In this document: piece after piece, positions 13,901 to 27,400 of the stretch
Numbering within the stretch: position 1 is the first letter of the stretch
Layout of the letters: every line of letters begins with the position of its first letter
Source: the human T2T-CHM13v2.0 reference genome, Homo sapiens
Direction: 5' to 3' (one strand)
DNA: 64,000 nt
Assembly: GCF_009914755.1 (NCBI RefSeq)
Contig: NC_060939.1
Made by a program: the position numbers and the translations under genes
The notes under the pieces: model-generated
The model's input: the letters and a program-made list of their open reading frames with translations, nothing else
Database searches by the model: none
Told to the model about the DNA's origin: nothing

Positions 13901-16900
13901 GGTTTCCAAATATCCATTTGTAGATTCTACGAAAATAGTGTTTCCAAACTGCTGTATCAAAACAAAGGTTCAACTCTGTTAGTTGAGGTCACATCACAAA
14001 CAAGTTTCTGAGAATGCTTCTGTCTAGTTTTTATTTGAAGATATTTCCTTTTTCACCATAGGCCTGAAAGCGCTCGAAATGTCCACTTCCAGATAGTACA
14101 GACAGAGTGTTTCAAACCTGCTCTATGAAAGGGAATGTTCAGCTCTGTGAGTTGAATGCAAACATCACAAAGTAGGTTCTGAGAATGCTTCCGTCCAGAT
14201 TTTATGTGAAGATATTCCCGTTTCCGACGAAATCCTCCAACGTATCCAAATATCCACTTGCAGATTCTACAAAAAGAGTGTATCAAAACTGCTCTATCAA
14301 AAGATAGTTTCAACTCTGTTTGTTGAGTACACACATCACAAACAAGATTCAAAGAATGCTTTCGTCTAGTTTTTTTGGGAAGATATTTCCTTCTTCGCCA
14401 TAGGCCTCAAAGAACTCGAAATATCCATTTCCACATACTATAGAGAGCGTTTCAAACATGCTGAATGAAGGGGAATGTTCAACTCTATGAGTTAAATGCA
14501 AAAGTCACAGAGACGTTTCTGACAATGCTTCTGTCTAGTTTTATATGAAGGTATTCCGCTTCCAACGAAATTTTCAAACCTCTCCAAATATCCACTTGTA
14601 CATTGTACAAAAAGTGTGTTTCTAAACTGCTGTATCAAAACAAAGGTTTAACTCTGTTGGTTGAGGACACACATCACAAATAACTTTTTGAGAATACTTC
14701 TGTCTAGTTTTTATTTGAAGACATTTCTTTTCTCACCTTAGACCTGAAAGCGTTCGAAATATCCACTTCCAGATACTACAGAAACAGCAATTCAAACCTG
14801 CTGTATGAAAGGGAATGTTCAACTATCTGAGTTGAATGGAAACATCACAAAGAAGTTTCTGAGAATGCTGCTGTCTACTTTTTATATGTAATCCCGTTTC
14901 CAATGAAATCCTCAGAACTATCGAAATTTCCACTGGCAGATTTCATAAAACGATTGTTTCAAAACTGCTCTGTAAAAAGAAAGGTTCAACTCTGTTAGTT
15001 GAATACACACATCACAAACAAGTTTCTGAGAATGCTTCTGTCTAGTTTTTATGGAAGATATTTACTTTTTCACCGTGGGCCTCAAATCCCTCCAAATATC
15101 CACTTCCACATACTTCAAAAAGAGTGTTTCCACCCTGCTCTATGAAAGGGAATGTTCAAACCTATGAGTTGAATGCAAACATCACAAAGAAGTTACTGAG
15201 AATGCTTCTGTCTAGATTTTATATGTAGATATTCCCGTTTCCAACGAAATCCTCAAAGCTATCCAAATATTAGCTTGCAGATTCTACAAAAGGAATGTTT
15301 CCAAAATGCTGTATCCCAACAAAGGTTCAACTCTGTTAATTGAGGACATACATCACAAAGAAGATTCTGAGAATGCTTCTGTGTTGATTTTATATGAAGA
15401 TATTCCCGTTTCCAACGAAATCCTCAAATCTATCCAAATATCCACTTGCAAATTCCACAAAAAGAGTGTTTCAAAACTGCTCTGTCAAAAGGAAGGTTCA
15501 ACTCCGTTAGTTGAGTACACACATCACAAAGAGGTTTGTGAGAATGCTCCTGACTAGTTTTTATTTGAAGATATTTCCCTTTTCACCTTAGGCCTAAGAG
15601 CACTCTAAATGTCCATTTCCACATACTACACAAAGTGTGTTTCAAACCTGTTGTATGAAAGGGAATATTCAACTCTATGAGTTGAATGCAAACATCACAA
15701 AGCAGATTCTGAGAATGCTTCTCTCTAAATTTTACATGAAGATATTCCCGTGTCCTACGAAATTTTCCAAGGTCTCCAAACATCCATTTGGAGATTCTAC
15801 AAAAATAGTGTTTCCAAACTGCTGTATCAAAACATAGGTTCAACTCTGTTAGTTCAATACACACGTCACAAACAAGTTTCTGAGAATGCTTCTGTCTAGT
15901 TTTTATGGGAAGATATTTCCTTTTTCACCGTAGGCCTCAAAGCGCTCCAAATGTCCACTTCCACATACTACAAAAAGAGTGTTTCAAACCTGCTCTATGA
16001 TAGGGAATGTTGAAACCTATGAGTTGAATGCAAACGTTACAAAGAAGTTTCTAGGAATGCTTCTGTCTAGATTTTATATGTAGATATTCCCGTTTCCAAC
16101 GAAATCCTCAAAGCTATCCAAATATCAACTTGCAGATTCTACAAAAGGAATGTTTCCAAAATGCTGTATCCAAACAAAGGTTCAACTCTGTGAATTGAGG
16201 GCATACATCACAAAGAATATCTGAGAATGCTTCTGTCTAGATTTTATATGAAAATATTCCCATTTCCAACGAAATCCTCAAAGCTATCCAAATATCCACT
16301 TGCAAATGCCACAAAAAGAGTGTTTCCAAACTGCTCTGTGAAAAGGAAGGTTCAACTCTGTTAGTTGAGTACACACATCACAAAGAGGTTTCTGAGAATG
16401 CTGCTGACTAGTTTTTATTTGAAGATATTTCCCTTTTCACCTTAGGCCTAAGAGTGCTCGAAATGTCCATTTCCACATACTCCACAAAGTGTGTTTCAAA
16501 CGTGCTGTATGAAAGGGAATGTTCAACTCTATGAGTTGAATGCAAACATCACAAAGAAGATTCTGAGAATGCTTTTGTCTAGATTTTATATGAAGATATT
16601 CCCGTGTCCAACGAAATTTTCAAAGGTCTCCAAATATCCATTTGTAGATTCTACAAAAAGAGTGTTTCCAAACTGCTGTATCAAAACAAAGGTTGAACTC
16701 TGTGAGTTGAGGACACACATCACAAATAAGTTTCTGAGAATGCTTCTGTCTAGTTTTTATTTGAAGATATTTCCTTTTTCACCATAGGCCTGAAAGCGCT
16801 CGAAATATCCACTTCCAGGAAGTCCAGAAAGAGTGTTTCAAACCTGCTCTATGAACGGGAATGTTCAGCTCTGTGAGTTGAATGCAAACATCACAAAGCA

Positions 16901-19900
16901 GTTTCTGAGAATGCTTCCGTCTAGATTTTATATGAGGATATTCCCGTTTCCAACGAAATCCTCAAAGCTATCCATATATCCATTTGCAGATTCCACAAAA
17001 AGAGTGTTTCAAAACTGCTCTGTCAAAAGATAGGGTCAACTCTGTTAGTTGAGTACACACATGGCAAACAAGATTCCGAGAATGCTTTCGTCTAGTTTTT
17101 TTGGGAAGATATTTCCTTCTTCACCATAGGCCTCAATCGCTCCAAATATCCATTTCCACATACTATAGAAAGAGTGTCTCAAACCTGCTGTATGAAAGGG
17201 AACGTTCAACTCTATGAGTTGAATGCAAACATCACAAAGAAATTTCTGAGAATGCTACTGTCTAGATTTTATATGAAGGTTTTCCCGCTTCCAACGAAAT
17301 TTTCAATGCTCTCAAAATATCCTCTTGTAGATTCTACAAAAAGAGTGTTTCCAAACTGCTGTATCAAAACAAAGGTTCAACTCTGTTAGTTGAGGACACA
17401 CATCAGAAATAAGTTTCTGAGAATGCTTCTGTCTAGTTCTTATTTGAAGACATTTCCTTTCTCACCTTAGGCCTGAAAGCGCTCGTAATACCCACTTCCA
17501 GATACTACAGAAACAGTGATTCAAACCTGATCTATGAAAGGGAATGTTCAACTATGTGACTTGAATGCAAACATCACAAAGCAGTTTCTGAGAATGCTGC
17601 TGTCTACTTTCTATTTGTAATCCCGTTTCCAACGAAATCCTCAGAACTATCGAAATTTCCAATTGCAGATTCCACAAAAACAGGGTTTCAAAGCTGCTCT
17701 GTAAAAAGAAAGGTTCAACTCTGTTTGTTGAATACACACGTCACAAACAAGTTTCTGAGAATGCTTCTGTCTAGTTTTTATGGGAAGATATTTCCTTTTT
17801 CACCGTAGCCCTCAAAGCGCTCCAAATGTCCACTTCCACATACTACAAAAAGAGTGTTTCAAACCTGCTGTATGAAAGGGAATGTTCAACTCTATGAGTT
17901 GAATGCAAACATTACAAAGAGGTTTCTGAGAATGCTTCTGTCTAGATTTTATATGAAGGTTTTCCTGCTTCGAACGAAATTTTCAATGCTCTCCAAATAT
18001 CCACTTGTAGATTCTACAAAAATAGTGTTTCCAAACTGCTGTATCAAAGCAAAGGTTCAACTCTGTTAGATGAGGACACACATCACAAATATGTTTCTGA
18101 GAATGCTTCTGTCTAGATTTTATTTGAAGGTATTTCCTTTCTCAACATAGGCCTGAAAGCTCTCGAAATGTCCACTTCCATATATCACAAAAAGAGTGTT
18201 TCAAACCTGCTCTATGACAGGGAATGTTCAATTCTGTGACTTGAATGCAAACATCACAAACAAGTTCCTGAGAATGCTACTGTCTAGTTTTTTACGTAAT
18301 CCCGTTTCCAACGAAATCCTCCAAGCTATCCAAATATCCACTTGCAGATTCCACAAAAGGAATGTTTCCAAAATGCTGTATCCAAACAAATGTTCAACTC
18401 TGTTAATTGAGGACATACATCACAAAGGAGATTCTGAGAATGCTTCTGTCTATATTTTATAGGAAGATATTCCCGTTTCCAACGAAATTCTCAAAGCTAT
18501 CCAAATATCCACTTGCAAATTCTACAAAAAGAGTGTTTCAAAACTGCTCTCTCAAAAGGAATGTTCAACTCTGTTAGTTGAGTACACACATCACAAAGGG
18601 GTTTGTGAGAATGCTCCTCACTAGTTTTTACTTGAATATATTTCCCTTTTCACCTTAGGCCTAAGAGCGCTCAAAATGACCATTTCCACGTACTACACAA
18701 AGTGAGTTTAAAACGTGCTGTATGAAAGGGAATGTTCAACTCTATGAGTTGAGTGAAAACATCACAAAGAAGATTCTGAGAATGCTTTTGTCTAGATTTT
18801 ATATGAAGATTTTCCCGTGTCCAACGAAATTTTCAAAGGTTTCCAAATATCCATTTGTAGATTCTACGAAAATAGTGTTTCCAAACTGCTGTATCAAAAC
18901 AAAGGTTCAACTCTGTTAGTTGAGGTCACATCACAAACAAGTTTCTGAGAATGCTTCTGTCTAGTTTTTATTTGAAGATATTTCCTTTTTCACCATAGGC
19001 CTGAAAGCGCTCGAAATGTCCACTTCCAGATAGTACAGACAGAGTGTTTCAAACCTGCTCTATGAAAGGGAATGTTCAGCTCTGTGAGTTGAATGCAAAC
19101 ATCACAAAGTAGGTTCTGAGAATGCTTCCGTCCAGATTTTATGTGAAGATATTCCCGTTTCCGACGAAATCCTCCAACGTATCCAAATATCCACTTGCAG
19201 ATTCTACAAAAAGAGTGTATCAAAACTGCTCTATCAAAAGATAGTTTCAACTCTGTTTGTTGAGTACACACATCACAAACAAGATTCAAAGAATGCTTTC
19301 GTCTAGTTTTTTTGGGAAGATATTTCCTTCTTCGCCATAGGCCTCAAAGAACTCGAAATATCCATTTCCACATACTATAGAGAGCGTTTCAAACATGCTG
19401 AATGAAGGGGAATGTTCAACTCTATGAGTTAAATGCAAAAGTCACAGAGACGTTTCTGACAATGCTTCTGTCTAGTTTTATATGAAGGTATTCCGCTTCC
19501 AACGAAATTTTCAAACCTCTCCAAATATCCACTTGTACATTGTACAAAAAGTGTGTTTCTAAACTGCTGTATCAAAACAAAGGTTTAACTCTGTTGGTTG
19601 AGGACACACATCACAAATAACTTTTTGAGAATACTTCTGTCTAGTTTTTATTTGAAGACATTTCTTTTCTCACCTTAGACCTGAAAGCGTTCGAAATATC
19701 CACTTCCAGATACTACAGAAACAGCAATTCAAACCTGCTGTATGAAAGGGAATGTTCAACTATCTGAGTTGAATGGAAACATCACAAAGAAGTTTCTGAG
19801 AATGCTGCTGTCTACTTTTTATATGTAATCCCGTTTCCAATGAAATCCTCAGAACTATCGAAATTTCCACTGGCAGATTTCATAAAACGATTGTTTCAAA

Positions 19901-20902
19901 ACTGCTCTGTAAAAAGAAAGGTTCAACTCTGTTAGTTGAATACACACATCACAAACAAGTTTCTGAGAATGCTTCTGTCTAGTTTTTATGGAAGATATTT
20001 ACTTTTTCACCGTGGGCCTCAAATCCCTCCAAATATCCACTTCCACATACTTCAAAAAGAGTGTTTCCACCCTGCTCTATGAAAGGGAATGTTCAAACCT
20101 ATGAGTTGAATGCAAACATCACAAAGAAGTTACTGAGAATGCTTCTGTCTAGATTTTATATGTAGATATTCCCGTTTCCAACGAAATCCTCAAAGCTATC
20201 CAAATATTAGCTTGCAGATTCTACAAAAGGAATGTTTCCAAAATGCTGTATCCCAACAAAGGTTCAACTCTGTTAATTGAGGACATACATCACAAAGAAG
20301 ATTCTGAGAATGCTTCTGTGTTGATTTTATATGAAGATATTCCCGTTTCCAACGAAATCCTCAAATCTATCCAAATATCCACTTGCAAATTCCACAAAAA
20401 GAGTGTTTCAAAACTGCTCTGTCAAAAGGAAGGTTCAACTCCGTTAGTTGAGTACACACATCACAAAGAGGTTTGTGAGAATGCTCCTGACTAGTTTTTA
20501 TTTGAAGATATTTCCCTTTTCACCTTAGGCCTAAGAGCACTCTAAATGTCCATTTCCACATACTACACAAAGTGTGTTTCAAACCTGTTGTATGAAAGGG
20601 AATATTCAACTCTATGAGTTGAATGCAAACATCACAAAGCAGATTCTGAGAATGCTTCTCTCTAAATTTTACATGAAGATATTCCCGTGTCCTACGAAAT
20701 TTTCCAAGGTCTCCAAACATCCATTTGGAGATTCTACAAAAATAGTGTTTCCAAACTGCTGTATCAAAACATAGGTTCAACTCTGTTAGTTCAATACACA
20801 CGTCACAAACAAGTTTCTGAGAATGCTTCTGTCTAGTTTTTATGGGAAGATATTTCCTTTTTCACCGTAGGCCTCAAAGCGCTCCAAATGTCCACTTCCA
20901 CA
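10929..20902. repeat. Near-perfect tandem duplication, unit 4,937 bp (~29 monomers), spanning the HOR/divergent-HOR boundary
   Basis: Ten or more ORF-track entries repeat with identical translations at a constant offset of 4,937 (e.g. 11554/16491, 13259/18196, 15637/20574). Private variants such as 'ggaagtccag' and 'gtcacagagacg' occur in both copies. Confidence 0.95.
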
Positions 20903-23900
20903 CACTACAAAAAGAGTGTTTCCAACCTGTTCTATGAAAGGGAATGTTCAAACCTATGAGTTGAATGCAAACATCACAAAGAAGTTACTGAGGATGCTTC
21001 TGTCTAGATTTTATATGAGGATATTCCCGTTTCCAACGAAATCCTCGAAGCTATCCAAATATCCATTTGCAGATTCCACAAAAGAGTGGTTGAAAACTGC
21101 TCTGTCAAAAGATAGGTTCAACTCTTTTTTTGTTGAGTACACACATGGCAAACAAGATTCCGAGAATGCTTTCGTCTAGTTTTTTAGGGATGATATTTCC
21201 TTCTTCAACATAGGCCTCAATAGCTCCAAATATCCATTTCCACATATTATACAAAGAGTGTGTCAAACCTGCTGTGTGAAAGGGTATGTTCAACTCTATG
21301 AGTTGAATGCAAACATCACAAAGAAGTTTCTGAGATTTCTTCTGTCTAGATTTTATATGTAGATATTCCCGTTTCCAACGAAATCCTCAAAGCTATCCAA
21401 ATATCAAATTGCAGACTCTACGAAAGGAATGTTTCAAAATGCTGTATCCAAACAAAGGTTCAACTCTGTTAATTGAGGACATTCATCACAAACAAGATTC
21501 TGAGAATGCTTCTGTCTAGATTTTATATGAAGTTATTCCCGTTTCCAACGAAATCCTCAAAGCTATCCAAATATCCATTTGCAGATTCCACAAAAGAGTT
21601 TTTCAAAACTGCTCTGTCAAAAGATAGGTTCAACTCTGTTAGTTGAGTACACACATGACAAACAAGATTCCGAGAATGCTTTCGTCTATTTTTTTTGGGA
21701 AGATATTTCCATCTTCACCTTAGGCCTCAAAGCACTCCAAATATCCATTTCCACATACTACAAAGAGAGTGTTTCAAACCTGCTGTATGAAAGGGAATGT
21801 TCAACTCTATGAGTTGAATGCAAACATCACAAAGAAGTTTCTGAGAATGCTTCTGTCTAGATTTCATATGAATGTTTTCCCGCTTCCAACGAAATTTTCA
21901 ATGCTCTCCAATTATCCACTTGTTGATTCTACAAAAATAGTGTTTCCAAACTGCTGTATCAAAACAAAGGTTCAACTCAGTTGAGGACACACATCACAAA
22001 TAAGTTTCTGAGAATGCTTCTGTCTAGTTTTTATTTGAAGGTATTTCCTTTCTCATCATATGCCTGAAAGCACTCGAAATGTCCACTTCCAGATACTACA
22101 GAAACAGTGTTTCAAACATGCTCTATGATGGGGAATGTTCAACTCTGAGACTTGAATGCAAACATCACAAAGCAGTGTCTGAGAATGCTGTCGTCTACTT
22201 TTTATAGGTAATCCTGTTTCCAACGAAATCCGCAAAGCTATCCTAATATTCACTTGCAGATTCCACAAAAAGAGTGTTTGAAACTGCTCTGTAAAAAGAA
22301 AGGTTCAAGTCTGTTAGTTGAATACACACATCACAAAATGTTTCTGAGAATGCTTCTGTCTAGTTTCAATGGGAAGATATTTCCATTTTCACAATAGGCC
22401 TCAAAGCGCTCCAATTGTCCAATTCCACATACTACAAAAAAAGATTTTCAAACCTGGGCTATGATATGGAATGTTCAAATCTATGAGTTGAATGCAAAGA
22501 TCACAAACAAGTTACTGAAACTGCTTCTGTCTTGAGTTTATATGAAGATATTCCCGTTTCCAACGAAATCTTCCAATCTATCCATATATCCACATGCAGA
22601 TTCTACAAAAAGAATGTTTCAAAACTTCTGTATCAAACCAACAGTTCAACTTTGTTATTGGAGGACACACATCACATATAAGTTTCTGAGAATGCTTCTG
22701 TCTAGTGTTTATTTGAAGATATTTCCTTTCTCACCTTAGGCCTGAAAGCACTCGAAATGTCCACTTCCAGATACTACAGAAAGAGTGTTTCAAACCTGCT
22801 CTATGAAAGGGAATGTTCAAACCTGTGACTTCAATGCAAACATCACAAAGAAGTTTCTGAGAATGCAGCTGTCTAGTTTTTATATATAATCCCGTTTCCA
22901 AGGAAATCCTCAGACCTATCCAAATATCCACCTGCAGATTCTACAAAAAGAGTGTTTCAAAACTGCTCGTTCAAAGGGAAGGTTCAAATCTGTCAGTTGA
23001 GTATAGACATAACAAACAAGTTTCTGACAATGCTTCTGTCTAGTTTTTATGGGAAGATATTTCCTTTTTCACCGTAGGCCTCAAAGCGCTCCAAATGTCC
23101 ACTTCCACATACTACAAAAAGAGTGTTTCAAGCCTGCTGTATGAAAGGGAATGTTCAACTCTATGAGTTGAATGCAAACATTACAAAGAAGTTTCTGAGA
23201 ATGCTTCTGTCTAGATTTCATATGAAGGTTTTCCCGCTTCCAACGAAATTTTCAATGCTCTCCAATTATCCACTTGTAGATTCTACAAAAATAGTGTTTC
23301 CAAACTGCTGTATCAAAACAAAGGTTCAACTCAGTTGAGGACACACATCACAAATAAGTTTCTGAGAATGCGTCTGTCTAGTTCTTATTTGAAAACATTT
23401 CCTTTCTCACCTTAGGCCTGAAAGCGCACGAAATATCCACTTCCAGATACTACAGAAACAGTGATTCAAACCTGCTCTATGAAAGGGAATGTTCAACTAT
23501 GTGACTTGAATGCAAACACCACAAAGCAGTTTCTGAGAATGCTGCTGTGTACTTTTTATATGTAATCCCGTTTCCAACGAAATCCTCAGAACTATCGAAA
23601 TTTCCACTTGCAGATTCCACAAAAAGAGTGTTTCAAAGCTGCTCTGTAAAAAGAAAGGTTCAACTCTGTTAGTTGAATACACACGTCACAAACAAGTTTC
23701 TGAGAATGCTTCTGTCTAGTTTTTATGGGAAGATATTTCCTTTTTCGCCGTAGGCCTCAAAGCGCTCCAAATGTCCACTTCCACATACTACAAAAGGAGA
23801 GTTTCAAACCTGCGCTATGATAGGGAATGTTGAAATCTATGAGTTGAATGCAAACATCACAAAGAAGTTACTGAGAATCCTTCTGTCTTGATTTTATACG

Positions 23901-24490
23901 AAGATATTCCCGTTTCCAATGAAATCCTCGGAGCTATCCATATATCCACTTGCAGGTTCTACAAAAAGAGTTCTTCTAAACTTCTGTATCAAACCAACGG
24001 TTCTACTCTGTTATTGGAGGACACACATCACAAATAAGTTTCTGAGAATGCTTCTGTCTAGTTTTTATTTGAAGATATTTCCTTTCTCAACTTAGGCCTG
24101 AAAGCGCTCGAAATGTCCACTTCCAGATACTACAGAAAGAGTGTTTCAATCCTCCTCTATGAAAGGAAATGTTCAAACCCGTGACTTGAATGCAAACATC
24201 ACAAAGAATTTTCTGAGAATGCAGCTGTCTAGTTTTTATATATAATCCCTTTCCAACAAAATCCTCAGACCTATCCAAACATCCACCTGCAGATTCAACA
24301 AAAAGAGTGTTTCAAAACTGCTCTGTAAAAAGAAAGGTTCAACTCTGTCAGTTGAGTACACACATCACAAATAAGTTTCTGACAATGCTTCTGTCAAGTT
24401 TTTAAGGGAAGATATTTCCTTTTTCACCATAGGCGTCAAATCGCTCAAATGTCCATTTCCACATATTACAAAAAGAGTGATTCAAACCTG
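13141..24490 (-). repeat. Divergent SF2-type alpha satellite (degenerate HOR copies and relic 8-mer); includes the re-duplicated HOR segment at ~15866-18077
   Basis: Same monomer types as the HOR (tgaaagggaatgttcaac / ctctgttagttgag signatures) with many more substitutions, small indels and hybrid monomers. Confidence 0.85.
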
Positions 24491-27400
24491 CTCTATCAAA
24501 AAGAAAGGTTCAACTCTGTGAGTTCAATGCACAAAGCACAAGAAGTTTCTGAGAATGCTTCTGTCTAGTGTTTATGTGAAGATATTCCCGTTTCCAATGA
24601 AGGCCTTAAAGCTCTCCAAATGTCCACTTGCAGATTCTACAAAAAGAATGTTTCAAAACTGAACTACCAAAAGAAATGTTCAACTGTGTGAGTTAAAGGT
24701 ACACATCACAAAGAAGTTTCTGAGAATGCCTCTGTCTACTATTTATGTGAAGATATTCCCATTTCCAACGAAGGCCCCAAAGCGTTCCTAGTCTCCACTT
24801 GCAGATTCTACTAAAAGAGTGTTTCCAACTTGCTCTATGATAAGGTAAGTTCAACTCCGTGAGTTGAAGGCAAATATCACAAAGAAGTTTCTGAGAATGC
24901 TTCTGTCTAGTTTTCATGTGAAGATATTTTCTTTTCCACCATAGGCCTTAAATCGCTCCAAATGTCCAATTGCAGATTCTACAAAAAGAGTGTTTCAAAC
25001 CTCCTCTATCAAAAAAAGTTTCAACTCTCTGAGTTTAATGCACACAGCACAAAGAAGTTTCTGAGAAACTTCTGACTATTGATTATGTGAAGTTATTACC
25101 GTTTCCAAAGAAGGCCTCAAAAGGTTCCAAATAACCTCTTGCAGATTCTACTAAAAGAGTGTTTCAAACCTGGTCTATCAAAAGAAACAAAGGAGTTTCA
25201 GAGAATGCTTTGTCTAGATTTTATGTGAAGATATTTCCTTTTCCACCATAGGCTTCAAACCTCTCCAAATGTCCACATACAGATTCTACAAAAAGAGTGT
25301 TTCAAAACTGCTCTATCAAAAGAAAGGTTCAACTCTGTGGGTTGAATGCACACATCAGAAAGAAGTTTCTGGGAATGCTTCTGTCTAGTTTTTATGTGAA
25401 GATATTCCCATATCCAACGAAGGCCTCAAAGCAGTCCACATATCCACTTGCAGATCCTGCAAAAAGAGTGTTTCAAAACTGCTCTTTCAAAGGAAATGTT
25501 CAATTCTGTGAGTTGAATGCTCACATCACGAGGAAGTTTCTGAGAATGCTGCTGTCTAGTATTTATGTGAAAATACTCCTGTTTCCAACGAAGGCCTCTA
25601 CGCGTTCCAAATATCCACTTGCAGATTCTCCTGAAAGAGTGTTTCAAAAATGCCCTATGATAAAGTATGTCCAACTCTGTGAGTTGAATGCAAACATCAC
25701 AAAGTAGTTTCTGAGAATGCTTCTGTCTAGTTTTTATGTGAAGATATTTCCTTTTCCACCATAGGCCTCAAAGCTCTCCAAATGTCCACATGCAGATTCT
25801 GTGAAAAGAGTGTTGCTAACCTGCTCTATCCAAAGAAAGGTTCAGCTCTGTGAGTTGAATGCACACATCACAAAGAAGTTTCTGAGAATGCTTCTCTCCA
25901 GTTTTTTGTGAAGATATTTCCTTTTCCACCATAGACTTCAAAGCTCTCCAAATGTCCACTTGTGGATTCTACAACAAGAGTGTTTCAAATCTGCTCTATC
26001 AAAAGAAAGGTTCAACTCTGTGAGTTGAATGCGCACATCACAAAGAAGTTTCTGAGAATGATTCTGTCTAGTGTTTATGTGAAGATATTCCCATTTCCAA
26101 CGAAGTCCTCAAAGCGGTCTAAATATCCACTTGCAGATTCTACAAAAAGATTGTTTCAAAACTGCTCTATCAAAAGAAAGGTTCAACCCTGTGGTTGAAT
26201 GTACTCATGAAAAACAAGTTTCTGAGAATTCTGCTGTCTCATTTTTATGTGGATATATTAACGTTTCCAAGAGGGCCTCAAAGCATTCTAATTATCCTCT
26301 TGCAGATTCTACTAAAAGAGTGTTTGAAAACTGCTCTAGGATAAGGTATGTTCAGCTCTGTGAGTTGAAAGCATAATTCCCAGAGAAGTTTCTGAGAATG
26401 CTTCTGTCCAGTGTTAATGCGAAGATAATCCCGTTTCCAACAAAGGCCACAAAGCAGTCCAAATATCCACTTGCAGATACTACAAAGAGAGTGTTTCAAA
26501 TCTGCTCTATCATATGATATGTTCAGCTCTGTGAGTTGAAGGCAAACATCACAAAGGTGTTTTTGAGAACTCTTCTGTCTTGTTTTTATATAAAGATATT
26601 TCCTTTTCCACCATAGGCCTCAAAGCTTTCCAAATGTCCACTTGCAGATTCTACAAAAAGAGTGTTTCAAACTGCTCTATCAAAAGAAAGGTTAACCTCT
26701 GTGGTTGAAAGTACACATCACAATTAAGTTTCTCAGAATGCTGCTGTTTAGTTTTTATAGGAAGATATTCCCGTTTCCAACGAAGGCCTTAAAGTGTTTG
26801 AAATATCCACTTTCAGATTCTACTAAAAGAGTGTTTCAAAACTGCTCTATGATAAGGTATGTTCAACTCTGTGAGATGAATGCACACATCACAAAGAATT
26901 TTCTGAGAATTCTTCTGTGCAGTGTTTATGTGAACATACTTCCGTTTCCAAAGAAGGCCTCAAAACAGTTGAAATATCCACTTGAGATTCTATGAAAAGA
27001 GCGTTTCAAAACTGCTCTATGAAAACGAAGGTTCAACTCTTTGAATTGAATGCAAACATCACCTAGAAGTTTCTCAGAATGCTTCCGTCTAGTTTTTATG
27101 GAAGACATTTCCTTTTCCACCTTAGGCCTCAAAGCGCTCCAAATATCCACTTGCAGACTCTACAACAGGAGTGTTTCAAACCTCCTTTATCAAAAGAAAG
27201 GTGCAACTCTGTGAGTTGAATGCACACAACACAAAGAAGTTTCTGAGGAAGCTTCTGTCTAGTGATTATGTGAAGATATTCCCGTTTCCAACTGTTGCCT
27301 CAAAGCGGTCAAAATATCCACTTGCAGATTCTTCTAAAACAGTGAAGCGCTCCAAATATCCACTTGCAGATTCTACGAAATGTGTGTTTCAAATCTGCTC

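Noticed and set aside
1-24490. Regularly spaced conserved 17-bp motifs resembling a CRISPR repeat-spacer array
   Set aside because: The motifs are CENP-B/pJalpha boxes, the 'spacers' are homologous satellite sequence, and there are no cas genes; this is primate DNA.
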